A DNA stretch of 64,000 nucleotides from the human T2T-CHM13v2.0 reference genome, Homo sapiens, in the NCBI RefSeq assembly GCF_009914755.1, contig NC_060933.1; one strand, 5' to 3'. The notes below the pieces were generated by a model, which saw only the letters and a list, made by a program, of their open reading frames with translations, did no database searches and had not been told where the DNA came from. The position numbers and the translations under genes are program-made. Of the stretch, positions 1 to 12,297 are shown one piece after another (positions within the stretch are counted from its first letter, which is position 1; the number at the start of each line of letters is the position of its first letter).

Positions 1-520
<520 letters not shown>

Positions 521-3500
521 TATCTCTGTTTTGTATACTTTACTCAGATTCTCCAGGTACCTAGAATGGCCTTTCCCAGGTCTCTCCCTTTACGGTTCAC
601 TCTTTCAGAAAGCCCAGCTCGAGCATCATCTGTTCATTAGCCTTCCCAGCCTTACTCTTTCAGGTGGAATTTGTTACTGTGTCTTCTGCAGTGTAAATAT
701 TAATACATTACAGCCTCACCCACACTCTGCCTCACAGCAGTGAGTGAGCACTCTGACTCTCCACCTGGATAATAAGCTTTTTAAGAGCAGAGGCTGCACC
801 TCACTTCTTTCAGAGTCCCCCTAGACATAGCACTTGCACATTATAGGTGCTTCATGAATATTTCTTTTGCTCACTTTATCACAGAGAAAATCTTTTAAAA
901 ATAGATTTTTGGTAAATGACTATATTCAACCAGGCAGTGAAACTTCACATTTCTTCTGTATAGGGAATGCATAATTGTTTCCAGTGTAACCTCCTTATTG
1001 ATTTTAATCAATTTAATCTTTTTTAAACTCCTTGGTGTGGGACTCGTGATTTGGTGTAGGACTCATGATTTAGCTTGGGAACTCTCTTTTTCGGGGAAAA
1101 TAAGAGCCTTTTTTCTGATTCTGTGAGAGCACGTGATCACTTTTTGTCATCCTCACATAGAGCAGATTTTCATGGCATAATTTAAGAAGGAAGTGCTTCC
1201 AAAGAGCCAGATTCCTAAGGGAAGATTGGAGTGAATGATGGTAAACCATATAGCTTTTTAGCCTACCTGAGAAGTGGAACTGTACTCTTCTGTACTTTAC
1301 GAAATGGAGTCAGGAGAAATGAAAAGACTCAGTGGTAGCCTTGGAATCCTTAACATTTAATTAGTGTGAAGGAAAAGCAGGCCTGGTGCCAAGGAGACCT
1401 GCTCTCAAACCATCCTATGAGACCACAGAGTGAGTGGTGTGATCAGATTGTATCAGCAGCCTCTAGTGCCATTCCAAAGCACAGTGGGCGGTCATGGTAC
1501 TTCTGAACAGGAAAGCTTTACCTAAGGGTTTGAAAAAATGATGTATACAGAAGCATTTTATAAAAAATTAAAATGTTTAAATGAAGTAATTCAGTACACA
1601 GTGGGGAAGAGCAAGGAAAAACTGGAAGCCACAGGCACCTCTGCATCTTTCTGTCACCCTCTCTAACGCACGCCAGCCTTCATAGTATTAGGGCTGCTGC
1701 TTCAACTTCACCTCCCAAATCTTGCGCAACCTCACTTTGGACCAATTCTGATTTTTGTCCATGGAAACACGCAAGGAAGGGACTCTGGGCAGTGCAGTTC
1801 TCTGTGCAACCAAGTTGTCAGTAGAGCATTCCAGAACACACACACAGACAGGGGAGCCTGGAAGGAGGAAAGAAAGAATATTTTCCCCAGTATCCAGTGC
1901 CTGTTGTGTTGTCTGTGCTGGTTTTTGCTGTTTATCATTGAACACTGATAACAGTCTTACAAATGAGAGATTTCTCAGGGATTCACAGCTAACTAGCAAG
2001 ATTTATAGCCTGGATTTTTAGCTATGTCTGTATGTGCTCAAAGCTAATGTTCATTTTAATGGACTCTGCTGTTTTCCATGGAAAGCAAGACCTAGTGGTT
2101 TTCCTGTTTGTTTGTTTGGATTAGGAAATAAAAACTAAGATTTAGCAGAAGTACTGAGTTTACAGCATCCTCAGCTAGTTGCCACACTAGATAAGTAGCT
2201 GTAGGACAGACCAGGCAGTGACTCACATGGACACTGCTTTTAGGTCAGAGGAAAATAACTCAGGCAGGGCTAGCAGAGCTTCCATTTTATTCTCAGCAGA
2301 GCTTAGATCTCCCTTTGGCTGTTCCCAGAATTAGAAAGCTCGTCAGGGATGCTACAGATTATGCTTTAGAGTTGGGAGTTAAGACTGAGCCTCAACTGCC
2401 CCCATTTGTCTTCCTTAAAAGACAGCATAAATTTTAAGGTCAAAAAAGAAACTACTCATTTTAGCAGAGGACAAAACAGTGGAGCCCTTTTGGGAATAGG
2501 TCAGCCTTTTATGGTCATCCTAATTTTGCTTCCTGCTGTTTTAATTCACCCAATACATTTCCTTCTGGGAATCACCTAGAAGTAGATTCATGGGTTTGAA
2601 GGAGAGGAGTTAGGTATGTTTAGAAGAGAAGGGACACAGATCTCTAAGGGCACATACAACTTGGTAAAGCAATCCAGGTTGAGAGTATATAATAGGAATT
2701 TGAGTGCTTTAAATTTGTATTTTCCAGGCTCACTCTCAGTTTCTTAAAGTACTGCTTCAAACAATCATTTAAAGATAATTATGTTAACATTTAAAGATGG
2801 TTAATTTGGAGGTCTGATGATATTTTTAATAACACAGAAGTTTCATTAACCCAAGATTCTTAATATGTAATAAATTTGTGAATGAACTTAAAAGCTAGTC
2901 TCTTCAGATATGTGAATTAGTAGGCTTTTTTTAATCATTTGAAGTAGATAAGCTAGTAGAAAATGGCTTTCTTCCTCCTTCTTATGAAAATATAGAACAT
3001 ATCCAAGATACTCTTAGTAAAAGAATAAAGCTCTTCATAATTGAACAACATTCAAAATGATGTGTTTGAAAATCAGCCACAGTGTATTAAACTGTTTAGA
3101 ATTACTTACCTGGAGACAGCCCTTAATAGAGCCAAGATATAAGCACTTACCACATCCAGCTTTTATAAAAGGAATGCATCCTTAAATGTAAAATGGCCTG
3201 AATAGGATTTGTAGGGATTAACTCATGTGTGGTTTCATTACTCTGTTTCTCCTTTCCTTCTATTCATTCTGTGTGTTTTAGGTGTTGTTTATTTTATTTG
3301 CACTGTTTTCATTTTATTCGTGCTGTCATTCTTCAGTGTCCCCCTAGTACCATGATATCAGCCATGATAATATTTATCATACTTGTTGCCACTGTTTATC
3401 TTACTCCTCACTATATTGTGAGCACCTTGAGGGCTGGGACTGTGTCCTTCCTGGATCTCAGATATGACTCACTGCAGAAAATAATGATATTGTTCCCTTA

Positions 3501-3524
3501 AAAATGATTCTGTGGCATTTTCTC

Positions 3525-3812
3525 TTTTTAAAAAAGAGACAGGCTCTTGCTGTGTCACCCAGAGTGGAGTGGCACCATCATAGCTCACTACCGCCTCAAA
3601 CTCCTGGCCTTGAGCAATCTTTCCACGTCAGCTTCCCTAGTAATTGAGACTACAGGTGGGCACCACCATGCCCTGCTAACTTTTAAATTTTTCTGTAGAA
3701 ATGGGGTCTTGCTATGTTGCCTTGCTGGTCTCAAACTCCTGGCCTCAAATGATCCTCCTGCTTTGGGCACCAAAGGTGCTGGGATTATAGGCATAAGCCA
3801 CCACACTTAGCC
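3525..3812 (-). mobile_element. AluJ-like SINE
   Basis: Reverse Alu dimer gagacagg...gctgggattataggcataagccacc, heavily diverged. Confidence 0.9.
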
Positions 3813-5180
3813 TGCATTTTCTATTTTTCAAACTTAACATATGATCCCTTTTATATGAAAAAGCAAATAAGAAATGAATTTTATATTTTTTCCAGTCACC
3901 ACCAGCCTTTACATGTGCTGTTAGCCTAACTGCTACATACTGTTTGGATCTAAACTTAAAGATACTTCCCTCCAGGAATCCTTTGCGATGCCCCTCCCCA
4001 ACTGATGAGGACAGTGCCGCATATCTGGGACTCTCCTCAATCCCCCATCAAGGCACTTGGCATATTTACTTCACTCTAATTAATTTTAAAATAGACTCTA
4101 CCCTCAGTTCATTATAAACTTTGTGAAAGCAGGGACCATAATTGTCGTGCTCATTGTAATATCCCTGGGACAGGGTTGCAGGATGTGCTCTCCTGATAAC
4201 TTTTCTCATCTCTATTCAATGCCTCTAAGACTCAAAGTTTAAATAAAAGCCTTGTGAAATAAATGTCAAGATTGTCAGCCACTGAATGCTGGAAGTACCT
4301 TAAGCTGTGATTCTATCTGGGGTTTCCATTGAAGATGGGATTTGGGGTATAGTCCTAGGTTAATGTGTAATCCCAACTCTAATTTTGAACCTGAGGAACC
4401 TAGGTATCCTAGCATCAATTAAGTCATAGGCTTTAACAATTTTTTTAATAAAGCTGTTTTTGCCACTAACACTGGAATTGGTTTCTAGGCAACTTCTTTT
4501 ATAAAAACAAAAACAAAGAAAGAGAAATTGAAATGTTCTCTTTGAGGCACAAAACTAATTTTCTCTAGTTATGTGCTGGAGAAGTGATTAAGTCTTTTAA
4601 ATGAACACAGTATTTTTGCTCTTCATGGGTCTGTTTACCATCAGAATCTTAGTTGAGAAATGATTTTGAAAATAGTTCTGTTTCATACATGGTATAAGTG
4701 AAACAAGGCATAAGGCCCACTCTGCAGGAATTTACCATTGGTTCCTTATTTTAATCCTTAGACTCCTAGAATTGAACTATAAAACTAGAATAAAATTTAG
4801 AGATCATCACATAATTCGAGAGTTTGTAAAAAGCTCTCCATGGAAGCACCCAGCTCCACAGAGTCACTGCAGGGGCCACCACAGTGAAGGGAGGATGGGG
4901 AAGGGCACACAGTGATAGAATTTGAGCGTGTAATCCTGCTTCATCCAGAACAGAATTGCTGTAATTCATTTTAAGATCTTAAGGGAAAGGGAGAGTTTAG
5001 TGCTTTAAAAAAGTGGTTGATAAGACTGACTGACGGAGAGAACACTGGAGCGTACTGAAGGTACACTTATCAGTAGCTGAGCTACTTTGTAGGCTGCTCT
5101 GAGACCTGATCCTCCATCCAGCCCTATTTCCGCAGTGTCACATTGCCTACTCTGAAAGCTTGTTCTCTCTTCACCTTCAG

Positions 5181-5324
5181 CTTCCAGAGCTAAGCTCAGC
5201 ATGATCAACACCATGTCAAAAATCCGTGGCCAGGAGAAGGGGCCAGGCTATCCTCAGGCAGAGGCGCTGCTGGCAGAGGCCATGCTCAAATTTGGAAGAG
5301 AGCTTGGAGATGATTGCAACTTTG
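5181..5324 (+). CDS. SH3GL2: Endophilin-A1 exon 4 (144 bp; aa 63-111, N-BAR helix-1 insert including T73/S75)
   Basis: ttcag| ... |gtaaca; translates (A)[47 protein letters not shown](G), matching endophilin-A1; S75 codon at 5216-5218 is the known LRRK2 phosphosite. Confidence 0.98.
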
Positions 5325-6179
5325 GTAACAAGTGCTTCCTCACATTGTAATTCTTTCATTTGTCCATGGGGATTTTGGTGCTGGTAAGAAATTCTGTAGG
5401 GAATCGGTCAAATCATTTTATATTTTGGTTTTCAGTTTTAGATCCTACACACATGGGCCAAAAATTTGTTTTCAGAATTATTTCATCCGCTCTAATGTGA
5501 TTTATCTTACAAGTTTTGTTCCCACCCCCCCCACTATAAGACCTCAGTCTTTACAACAGCTTTGGTTGACATATCCAGATGCCTCCTTGGCACTTTCTAT
5601 TGGGTGTTTCTGGCAGTCATTGAGTATTGAAGCAGAGTGAGCAGGCACAGTCAGCATGATTCAAAGCCCTCCCTGCCTCATGGCCTTTTTCATAGATCTT
5701 TGCTCACTTGTATATGGTACCTAGTTCTACTGCCCAAGGTGAGACATGATTTATTCCTTCACCCTGTCTCCCCCAAAACTCAGCTACCACACCCAACATC
5801 TTCTATTTTCACCCCCTTGTGATGTGGGATCTCCTTCCTGGTTGAACCCGGCTATTTCTGGTACTTGCTTCTGCTAATAGATTTGCCTTAAGCTAGTCCC
5901 ACATTAGGGAAAGCTGGTACTTACAAGAGAGGGCAGGGAGCTTCCTAAATTGCTTCTTAAAGGAAAAAGTAACTGTTCCATTCTTGATGAGAGGTATTTA
6001 CCCTCTTAGGGGGCATTGAGTCTGTTGCCTGGAGTGAACTGAAGATACCTATTCTCTCTTGTCTGTTGTCTTTAGAAGACAAGTGGTAATCCTTTGGGTT
6101 TTCATCTGTGAAGGGCCCTGTTATTGCGAGTGCATTTCATCTTTATTCTGTAACATGAAAGAGCTTTATTCTCTCCTAG

Positions 6180-6313
6180 GCCCAGCACTTGGTGAGGTCG
6201 GGGAGGCCATGCGGGAACTGTCGGAGGTCAAAGACTCTTTGGACATAGAAGTGAAGCAGAACTTCATTGACCCTCTTCAGAATCTTCATGACAAAGATCT
6301 TAGGGAAATTCAA
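6180..6313 (+). CDS. SH3GL2: Endophilin-A1 exon 5 (134 bp; aa 111-155, BAR domain)
   Basis: ctcctag| ... |gtatgt; [44 protein letters not shown]; phase consistent with exon 4. Confidence 0.98.
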
Positions 6314-8191
6314 GTATGTACAATGAGTCTTCTGGAAAGTGGGCAGTTGAAATCATACAGATGCAGATGCCTTTTTTCTTTAGAAAACATTTTTTTAGCT
6401 TACCCTGTGTGTTGTCAGCTCTGGGCACGTTAATTACAAAACAACCCAGTAAGACAAAATGAGAGAAACCAGAAATGTGATACTTTTCAGCCTGTTATGA
6501 CTGTGCCACTCATGAGGGCTGTCTCTGGCTTCTCTATGTTTGATTTTCATATTGAATAGTTTTTTTCAGACTTTTTCTCCAGAGGATAATATACTTTTCC
6601 TGAGAATACACAGTTTTGTTAATTATTCTATGGTTTGCTGGGCTGATTTCACCCACTAAAATGTTAGTTGTACTAGTTGTTAGCTTAAATAAATAGTTAT
6701 TCTATCACTGCATAAGCACATATTTTTATTTTTTTCCAAGTCTAGAAATTAGATGGATGTTATGTGTTTTTATATTAATATTTTCATAATGGTTGTTAGG
6801 ATTGAGGAAGAATACCAACTAGCCACTTTCTAAAACATGTAGAGCAGTTGAGCTGTTTATAATAAAGTTCATATGTCTTTGAGTGTGGAATGTTTGCTCA
6901 CTTTTTTTTATCTAACAAATATTTGTTGAGCTTTTTTGAAACTTTGTTGGGTGTAAAATGGATTGCCATAACTTGAACTAGGGCCTCCTCCTCCTTATTC
7001 TAGCTTAAATCTCCTTTAGCAGTACCATTTGCTCAAGATTATAGAGTTAGTAAGTGACAGACTGACCCTAAATCCAAAATAGAACTCTGACTCCAATGCT
7101 GTACCCTATAGCTCAAATGTTTAAAAAAGAAAGTTCCTTCCAAATGAGCATTTAGTTTTTGGATCAGGGCATGGACTGAGGGGCGGGGGATGCAGTGTGA
7201 GGGAAGGTTTAGAATATTATTCTTCCTCCTTTCCTTTTCATTTTTTTAACTACTCCCTACTTTGTTTTCATTTCCTTTCATTCTGCTCCATACATACTAG
7301 TAACAAGGGAAAATCCAGGATTTTCCTTCATCCATTAGTAGTGAAAGACTAGCTATCGGGGAAAAACAATACTTTTTAGCTTTGGAAAACTACTTTGCTA
7401 CCTGGTCACTAGAGATGATGGGTGGAGCCTGGGCAGCCATCTACCAGGTATGGTGCAAGGAGGGGATTGAAGCTCAGCATGGAGCATTAGATATAATCCC
7501 TTGGTAGGTCCCTTCCAAGTGAGATTTTGTTCTTGAGTTCAATTATATGTCAAGTGGGAGGCTTAAACTAAATCACTGGATTTAGTTTCTCTGGTGACAG
7601 CTGCATCAGTCAGCTGGGGCAAGTGTTAAGATGTAGATTCCTAGGCCCCCACCCTAGATATCGATTCAAGAGCTCAGGAATCCATATTGTGATGAGCAAC
7701 TTACGTGATTCTAACAGACTGGATGATTTGAAAAGCAAGACTGCCATTTCTATCTCACTTAATTTCAAGGAAAGAGTTTTTCCTCTGGCTTCTCATGAGA
7801 TACCATTTCTCTTGAAGACAGGGCCTGTGGGGCCTGTGAGTGTGTCCTTTCATTGTGTGTAGGGCATGTGCATTCCTTCTCTGTTTCTGTCATGGGCTGC
7901 AAAGGCTTAGTCCAGCTTGGCTTTGGCCTGACAAGGCCAGAAAATAAAGGGCACTGATATTTCCTATAATTTATCTTTTATTCTTAATTATTTTTAAAGA
8001 TATTCCCCCATATTTAGCCTTTGAAAGCACTGGCCCCATTGATGCATGTTTCTTTATTTCTCTGGTGGCGTTGTATTTTAAAACTTAGCCTATCTTAATT
8101 TGGAAGTTAATGGACGTGATGGAGAAGTGAGCTCAAATAAGCCTTTTCCATAAGCCCTTTCAAAGCCTATTCCTGCCCTTGACTTTTGCAG

Positions 8192-8350
8192 CATCATCTA
8201 AAGAAGTTGGAGGGTCGACGCCTGGATTTTGATTATAAGAAGAAACGACAAGGCAAGATTCCGGATGAAGAGCTTCGTCAAGCTCTAGAGAAATTTGATG
8301 AGTCTAAGGAAATTGCTGAGTCAAGCATGTTCAATCTCTTGGAGATGGAT
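8192..8350 (+). CDS. SH3GL2: Endophilin-A1 exon 6 (159 bp; aa 156-208, BAR domain)
   Basis: ttttgcag| ... |gtaagt; [53 protein letters not shown]. Confidence 0.98.
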
Positions 8351-8586
8351 GTAAGTGACTCCTGTGGTTTTCAATTTAATCTTATCATCGAGGCACAACA
8401 TTAATATGTTAAAGGCCATAACCCTTAAAAGCATTAATATCTGATTACACTATGTGATAAGAACTTCAGTAGATAGTTATTTATTTTAAATAATTGTCAG
8501 TCATAAAGTAGACTGAGAAATAGAAAAGTTTCTTCTGCATTCCTGTAGTTTAACTAGATTCTCGACTGCTAATGAATCTTAAAGTA

Positions 8587-8767
8587 CAGATGCTCCTTAA
8601 CTTATGATGGGGTTAAAGTCTTGAATATATCATGTAATTTATCGAATAACGCATTAAAAGTAAAAAACAGAATGGTTGTAAGGGTACTTGAGGTATGGTT
8701 TCTACTGAGCACATATCAATTTTGCACCATCATAAAGCCTACAAATCGTAAAGTCAGGGACCATCTC
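8587..8767. mobile_element. MER47/Tigger5-like DNA transposon, internally deleted
   Basis: TA followed by cagatgctccttaacttatgatggggtta; inverted terminus ...cgtaaagtcagggaccatct. Confidence 0.65.
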
Positions 8768-8814
8768 TCTTATCAATAGTGGGAAGATAAAGGATATTTC
8801 TGAGGATCTATGTA

Positions 8815-9186
8815 TAACTCAATAGAGGCCTGAGAACTCAGTTGTGGAGCAGGGGGCATCAGTAGTACTGGTGCAAGTCCCAGAGTCCAAAGGCCAGAAA
8901 GCCTAGAGCTGTGACATCCAAAGACAGGAGCGTATGGGTGTCCCTTCGCTAGAAGAGAGAGAGAACAAACTTGCCTTTCCTCTGCTTTTTATTCTATCTG
9001 GGTCCTGAGCTGAGTGGGTGGTCTCCACCCCCATAGGGAAGGGCAGCTCTTCCTTTGTTTAGTCTACTAAGTGAATGCCAGTCTCCTCTGGAAACACCCT
9101 AACAGACACACCCAGAAATAATGCTTTACCAGCTATCTGGGGATCCCTTAATCTAGTCAAGTTGTCACCTAAAATTAACCATCACA
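8815..9186 (-). mobile_element. MLT2-type ERVL LTR, partial
   Basis: Ends ...caagttgtcacctaaaattaaccatcaca, the reverse complement of the MLT2 start TGTGATGGTTAATTTT. Confidence 0.75.
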
Positions 9187-10030
9187 TTGCCTACTTGCCT
9201 TACTCCTGACTGTGGCAGGGGAAGTGTGTTGAACATATCCAGACTTTCCTACCACCTGGAGACAGTGTAGGTTTTTGTTTATGTAAAACAACTTGTGTCC
9301 ACCTAACTCCTCGAGAGGAATACTGTGTGCATGAGGGGTGCTCCAAATCACAGTGCTCCTTCCCTGCAACACAGCACCCCTCCCCATCCCCAAATTCATG
9401 GGACAACACTGCTTCTGTTGACTTGGAGGCTGCTACCCAGCTGGATCATAATGTGAAACATAAAATCAAGAGAAATCAAGCTTAGAATATTAGAGCAAGA
9501 ATGAACTCAAGATGTCACTTGATTTAACCCTTTTACATTACAGATGAGGCTCAGAGAGCACAGAAGATTTTCTGTCATACCATGTCGCCTCTCCGGGTAC
9601 ATTATGTGAGATATTGTCACATTTTTATTAACAGTACCGATATTAACAGCATGAAAAGTATAAGGAACAAAGAGTCCTTTGGCCAGTGTACCTTCTTTTC
9701 TATAGAATAAAAGAAGTCAAATCCCAGATACAAGATTGTAGCTAAGCATGAGACTCTTTAGAGCTATATGGTCTTCCTGAGGGTTACCCATGTTGCTTCT
9801 CCTCATGGTACTGATAGGCATGATTCTAAGCATAAGGATGCTTTCTTTTATCCTTGATGGATTTGAAACCTGCAGAACTATCTATCTTAGTTGGCTTATC
9901 ACACAGTCATCAGCACCACCAACCAGGGGCTGTGTGTTGAGGGCAGCCCTGGTGTATGTATGAAACAGTAGTGGCTGTTTAGGGATGGTAACGTGTAAAA
10001 CTAAGGCATGATTTTCCCATCAATCTGCAG

Positions 10031-10134
10031 ATTGAACAAGTGAGCCAGCTCTCTGCACTTGTGCAAGCTCAGCTGGAGTACCACAAGCAGGCAGTCCAGA
10101 TCCTGCAGCAAGTCACGGTCAGACTGGAAGAAAG
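10031..10134 (+). CDS. SH3GL2: Endophilin-A1 exon 7 (104 bp; aa 209-243, end of BAR domain)
   Basis: ctgcag| ... |gtattc; [34 protein letters not shown](R). Confidence 0.98.
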
Positions 10135-10399
10135 GTATTCTACAGTTCCCTGCATTTCACATTTGCATTTTATTGCTATAAAATGATGTATAAAGAAATG
10201 GAAATCATAGAATACATTTGGAGACAAACGTCTGCCAAAATTCCGCTTATCCTACAGAGGCGCCTTGTGGATTGTTTTGATTTTGTTTTTTCTTGTGCTT
10301 TGTTTTACGTTGTTCTGTTGAATCTAATTTTCTGCTTATGAGAGATCGATACTTGGATTATATTTTGGCTGCCACAGGTGGAACACCAGGATGCTACTG

Positions 10400-10575
10400 C
10401 TGATAATGGATGCCATTTGCTGAGCAGTTATTCCATGTGGGTACTGGATACATATCATCATCAATCTTATAACAGCCCTGTAACCTAAGTGTTTTTAGCC
10501 TCGACTAACAGATGAGTAAACTGAGGCTAAGAGAGGTGAAGTAACTAGCCCAGGGTCACTCAGTGGTGCAAGTGG
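10400..10575 (-). mobile_element. MIR SINE
   Basis: MIR core acagatgagtaaactgaggctaagagaggtgaagtaactagcccagggtcac. Confidence 0.75.
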
Positions 10576-11700
10576 AGTTTACAGCCAGCCATAACCTGTG
10601 TGAGAGGCTGTTTCTTTTCACATCTTGTGTTTCTCTGAATGGCGGTCAAGTCCTCTGCCATCAGAGAGAGCTACTTTCACCTCATTAGATGTACCTCACA
10701 GCAGGGCTGTAGTAGTAGGAAACTACCGTGTGAATGTGGCTCCGTGGAGTTGTGGGGCACAGCCTGTTTGGCTATATACCAGTGGCCCTATGTTATAATA
10801 TGTGTTATTTTAATTTAGCCAGATTAAACAGGATGATTTTGCTGAACATGTATACCTCAAAGGGTCACCTCAGCAAGCTTTTTTCTTAGGCCACATGGCC
10901 AGATTAGACTCTCACAGCTGATCACATGGCTGCCTGCATGAAGAAGACACCAATCATACGATTCCACACCTGTTTTCGTTGTTTTCCCTCAGGCTGATCT
11001 CATTTCAGTATTTTCTTTGATTCATGGTTTAATTGAGCATTTTCCTTCGGCGCAGCCTTATGGAAATTTATGTAATGCTGAAGCCTCCAGAAAGGTTTTA
11101 AAACCATATACTTCAAAGATACTAAAGAAATACTATGTGTCTTTGTAATGTCTCTTGAGCATGAAGGGAGCCCTTTCCTTTTTTTCCTCTGAAATATGTT
11201 CAAAGTCAGTATCATTCTACAGTTACCATACCCTAAACCCTCGCCCTCCCTTGCATATCTCTTACATACTTTGTTTATTGAATAACTGAAACTTTGGAAA
11301 ATATTTAGGGGTATGTAGAAGACAATTATTAGCCATACCTTTCCAATTTCCTTTTGTCTTCCCTCTTTCCTTTCCTCCTCCCTATATTTCAAACTGCTCA
11401 TTCTTCTAAGAGCACACAGTATATTTCCTCCTTCCCTCTGTCCAAACCTTCTCATGTTCTGAATAGAATAGCTCCCTTTCACATTTTCATCTGGAAACAG
11501 CTCCTGTGTATCTTTTAGTTCTCTCCTTAAACCTCCTCCAGCTTCCTTATGGAGAGATAGACTCCTTCCCACCTTCACCCACAACCACACCCCTGTGTTC
11601 CTGTGGCACTTTGTAGATATCTCTGACAGTGCTTACTAAAATTTATAGTAATCAGTTGTTTGTGTTCTGTCTCCCTTACAGACCATAATCTGTTTGTGTC

Positions 11701-11845
11701 TTTTTTAAAATTGAAAAAATTGTGGGTACATAGGTGTATATATTTATGAGATACATGAGGTGTTTTGATAGAGGCATGCAATGCATAATAATCATATCAT
11801 GGAGAATGGGGTATGCATCCCCTCAAGCATTTATCCTTTGTGTAC
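11701..11845 (-). mobile_element. L1MA-type 3' end fragment inserted in an L2 remnant
   Basis: tgtgggtacataggtgtatatatttatgagatacatgagg...catcccctcaagcatttatcctttgtg. Confidence 0.7.
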
Positions 11846-12166
11846 AAGAACTGTGTTTTAATTCATTTTTGTGTTCCTGGTACCTAGCACAGTGCGTATT
11901 TGGATAAAGGACTCTGAATAAATGAGAGAGGAAGTGAGGGATTGAGAGAGAGAATGAAGACAGTGAGGACATGGCCCCATAAAGGGACATCACCAAAATC
12001 TCAGACATATACATACAAGAAAACTAAGGGTCCTTTTTTGATTTCCCACACTTCATCATGGTAGCATGGTGGGTGACCCAAGCATTTCCTGAATCTTTAT
12101 ATTTGCTTTTCATTTTACTTCTTAACTGGTTACATAACCTTTCCACCACTTTTCTTTTTACTGCAG

Positions 12167-12297
12167 AATAAGACAGGCTTCATCTCAGCCTAGAAGGGAA
12201 TATCAACCTAAACCACGAATGAGCCTGGAGTTTCCAACTGGAGACAGTACTCAGCCCAATGGGGTTCTCTCCCACACAGGCACTCCCAAACCTTCAG
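12167..12297 (+). CDS. SH3GL2: Endophilin-A1 exon 8 (131 bp; aa 243-287, BAR-SH3 flexible linker); codon 276 is GTT (Val)
   Basis: ctgcag| ... |gtaaga; (R)[43 protein letters not shown](G); not in the ORF track because it lacks a long ATG-initiated ORF. Confidence 0.97.

Noticed and set aside
6059-6433. 124-aa ORF spanning exon 5 (similarly 8186-8404 and 14226-14543)
   Set aside because: These are true exons extended into intron by chance open frames; the splice sites define the real coding limits
11000-11590. 196-aa minus-strand ORF antisense to intron 7
   Set aside because: No recognisable domain, non-ATG start, and composition mirrors a pyrimidine-rich intron or L2 remnant
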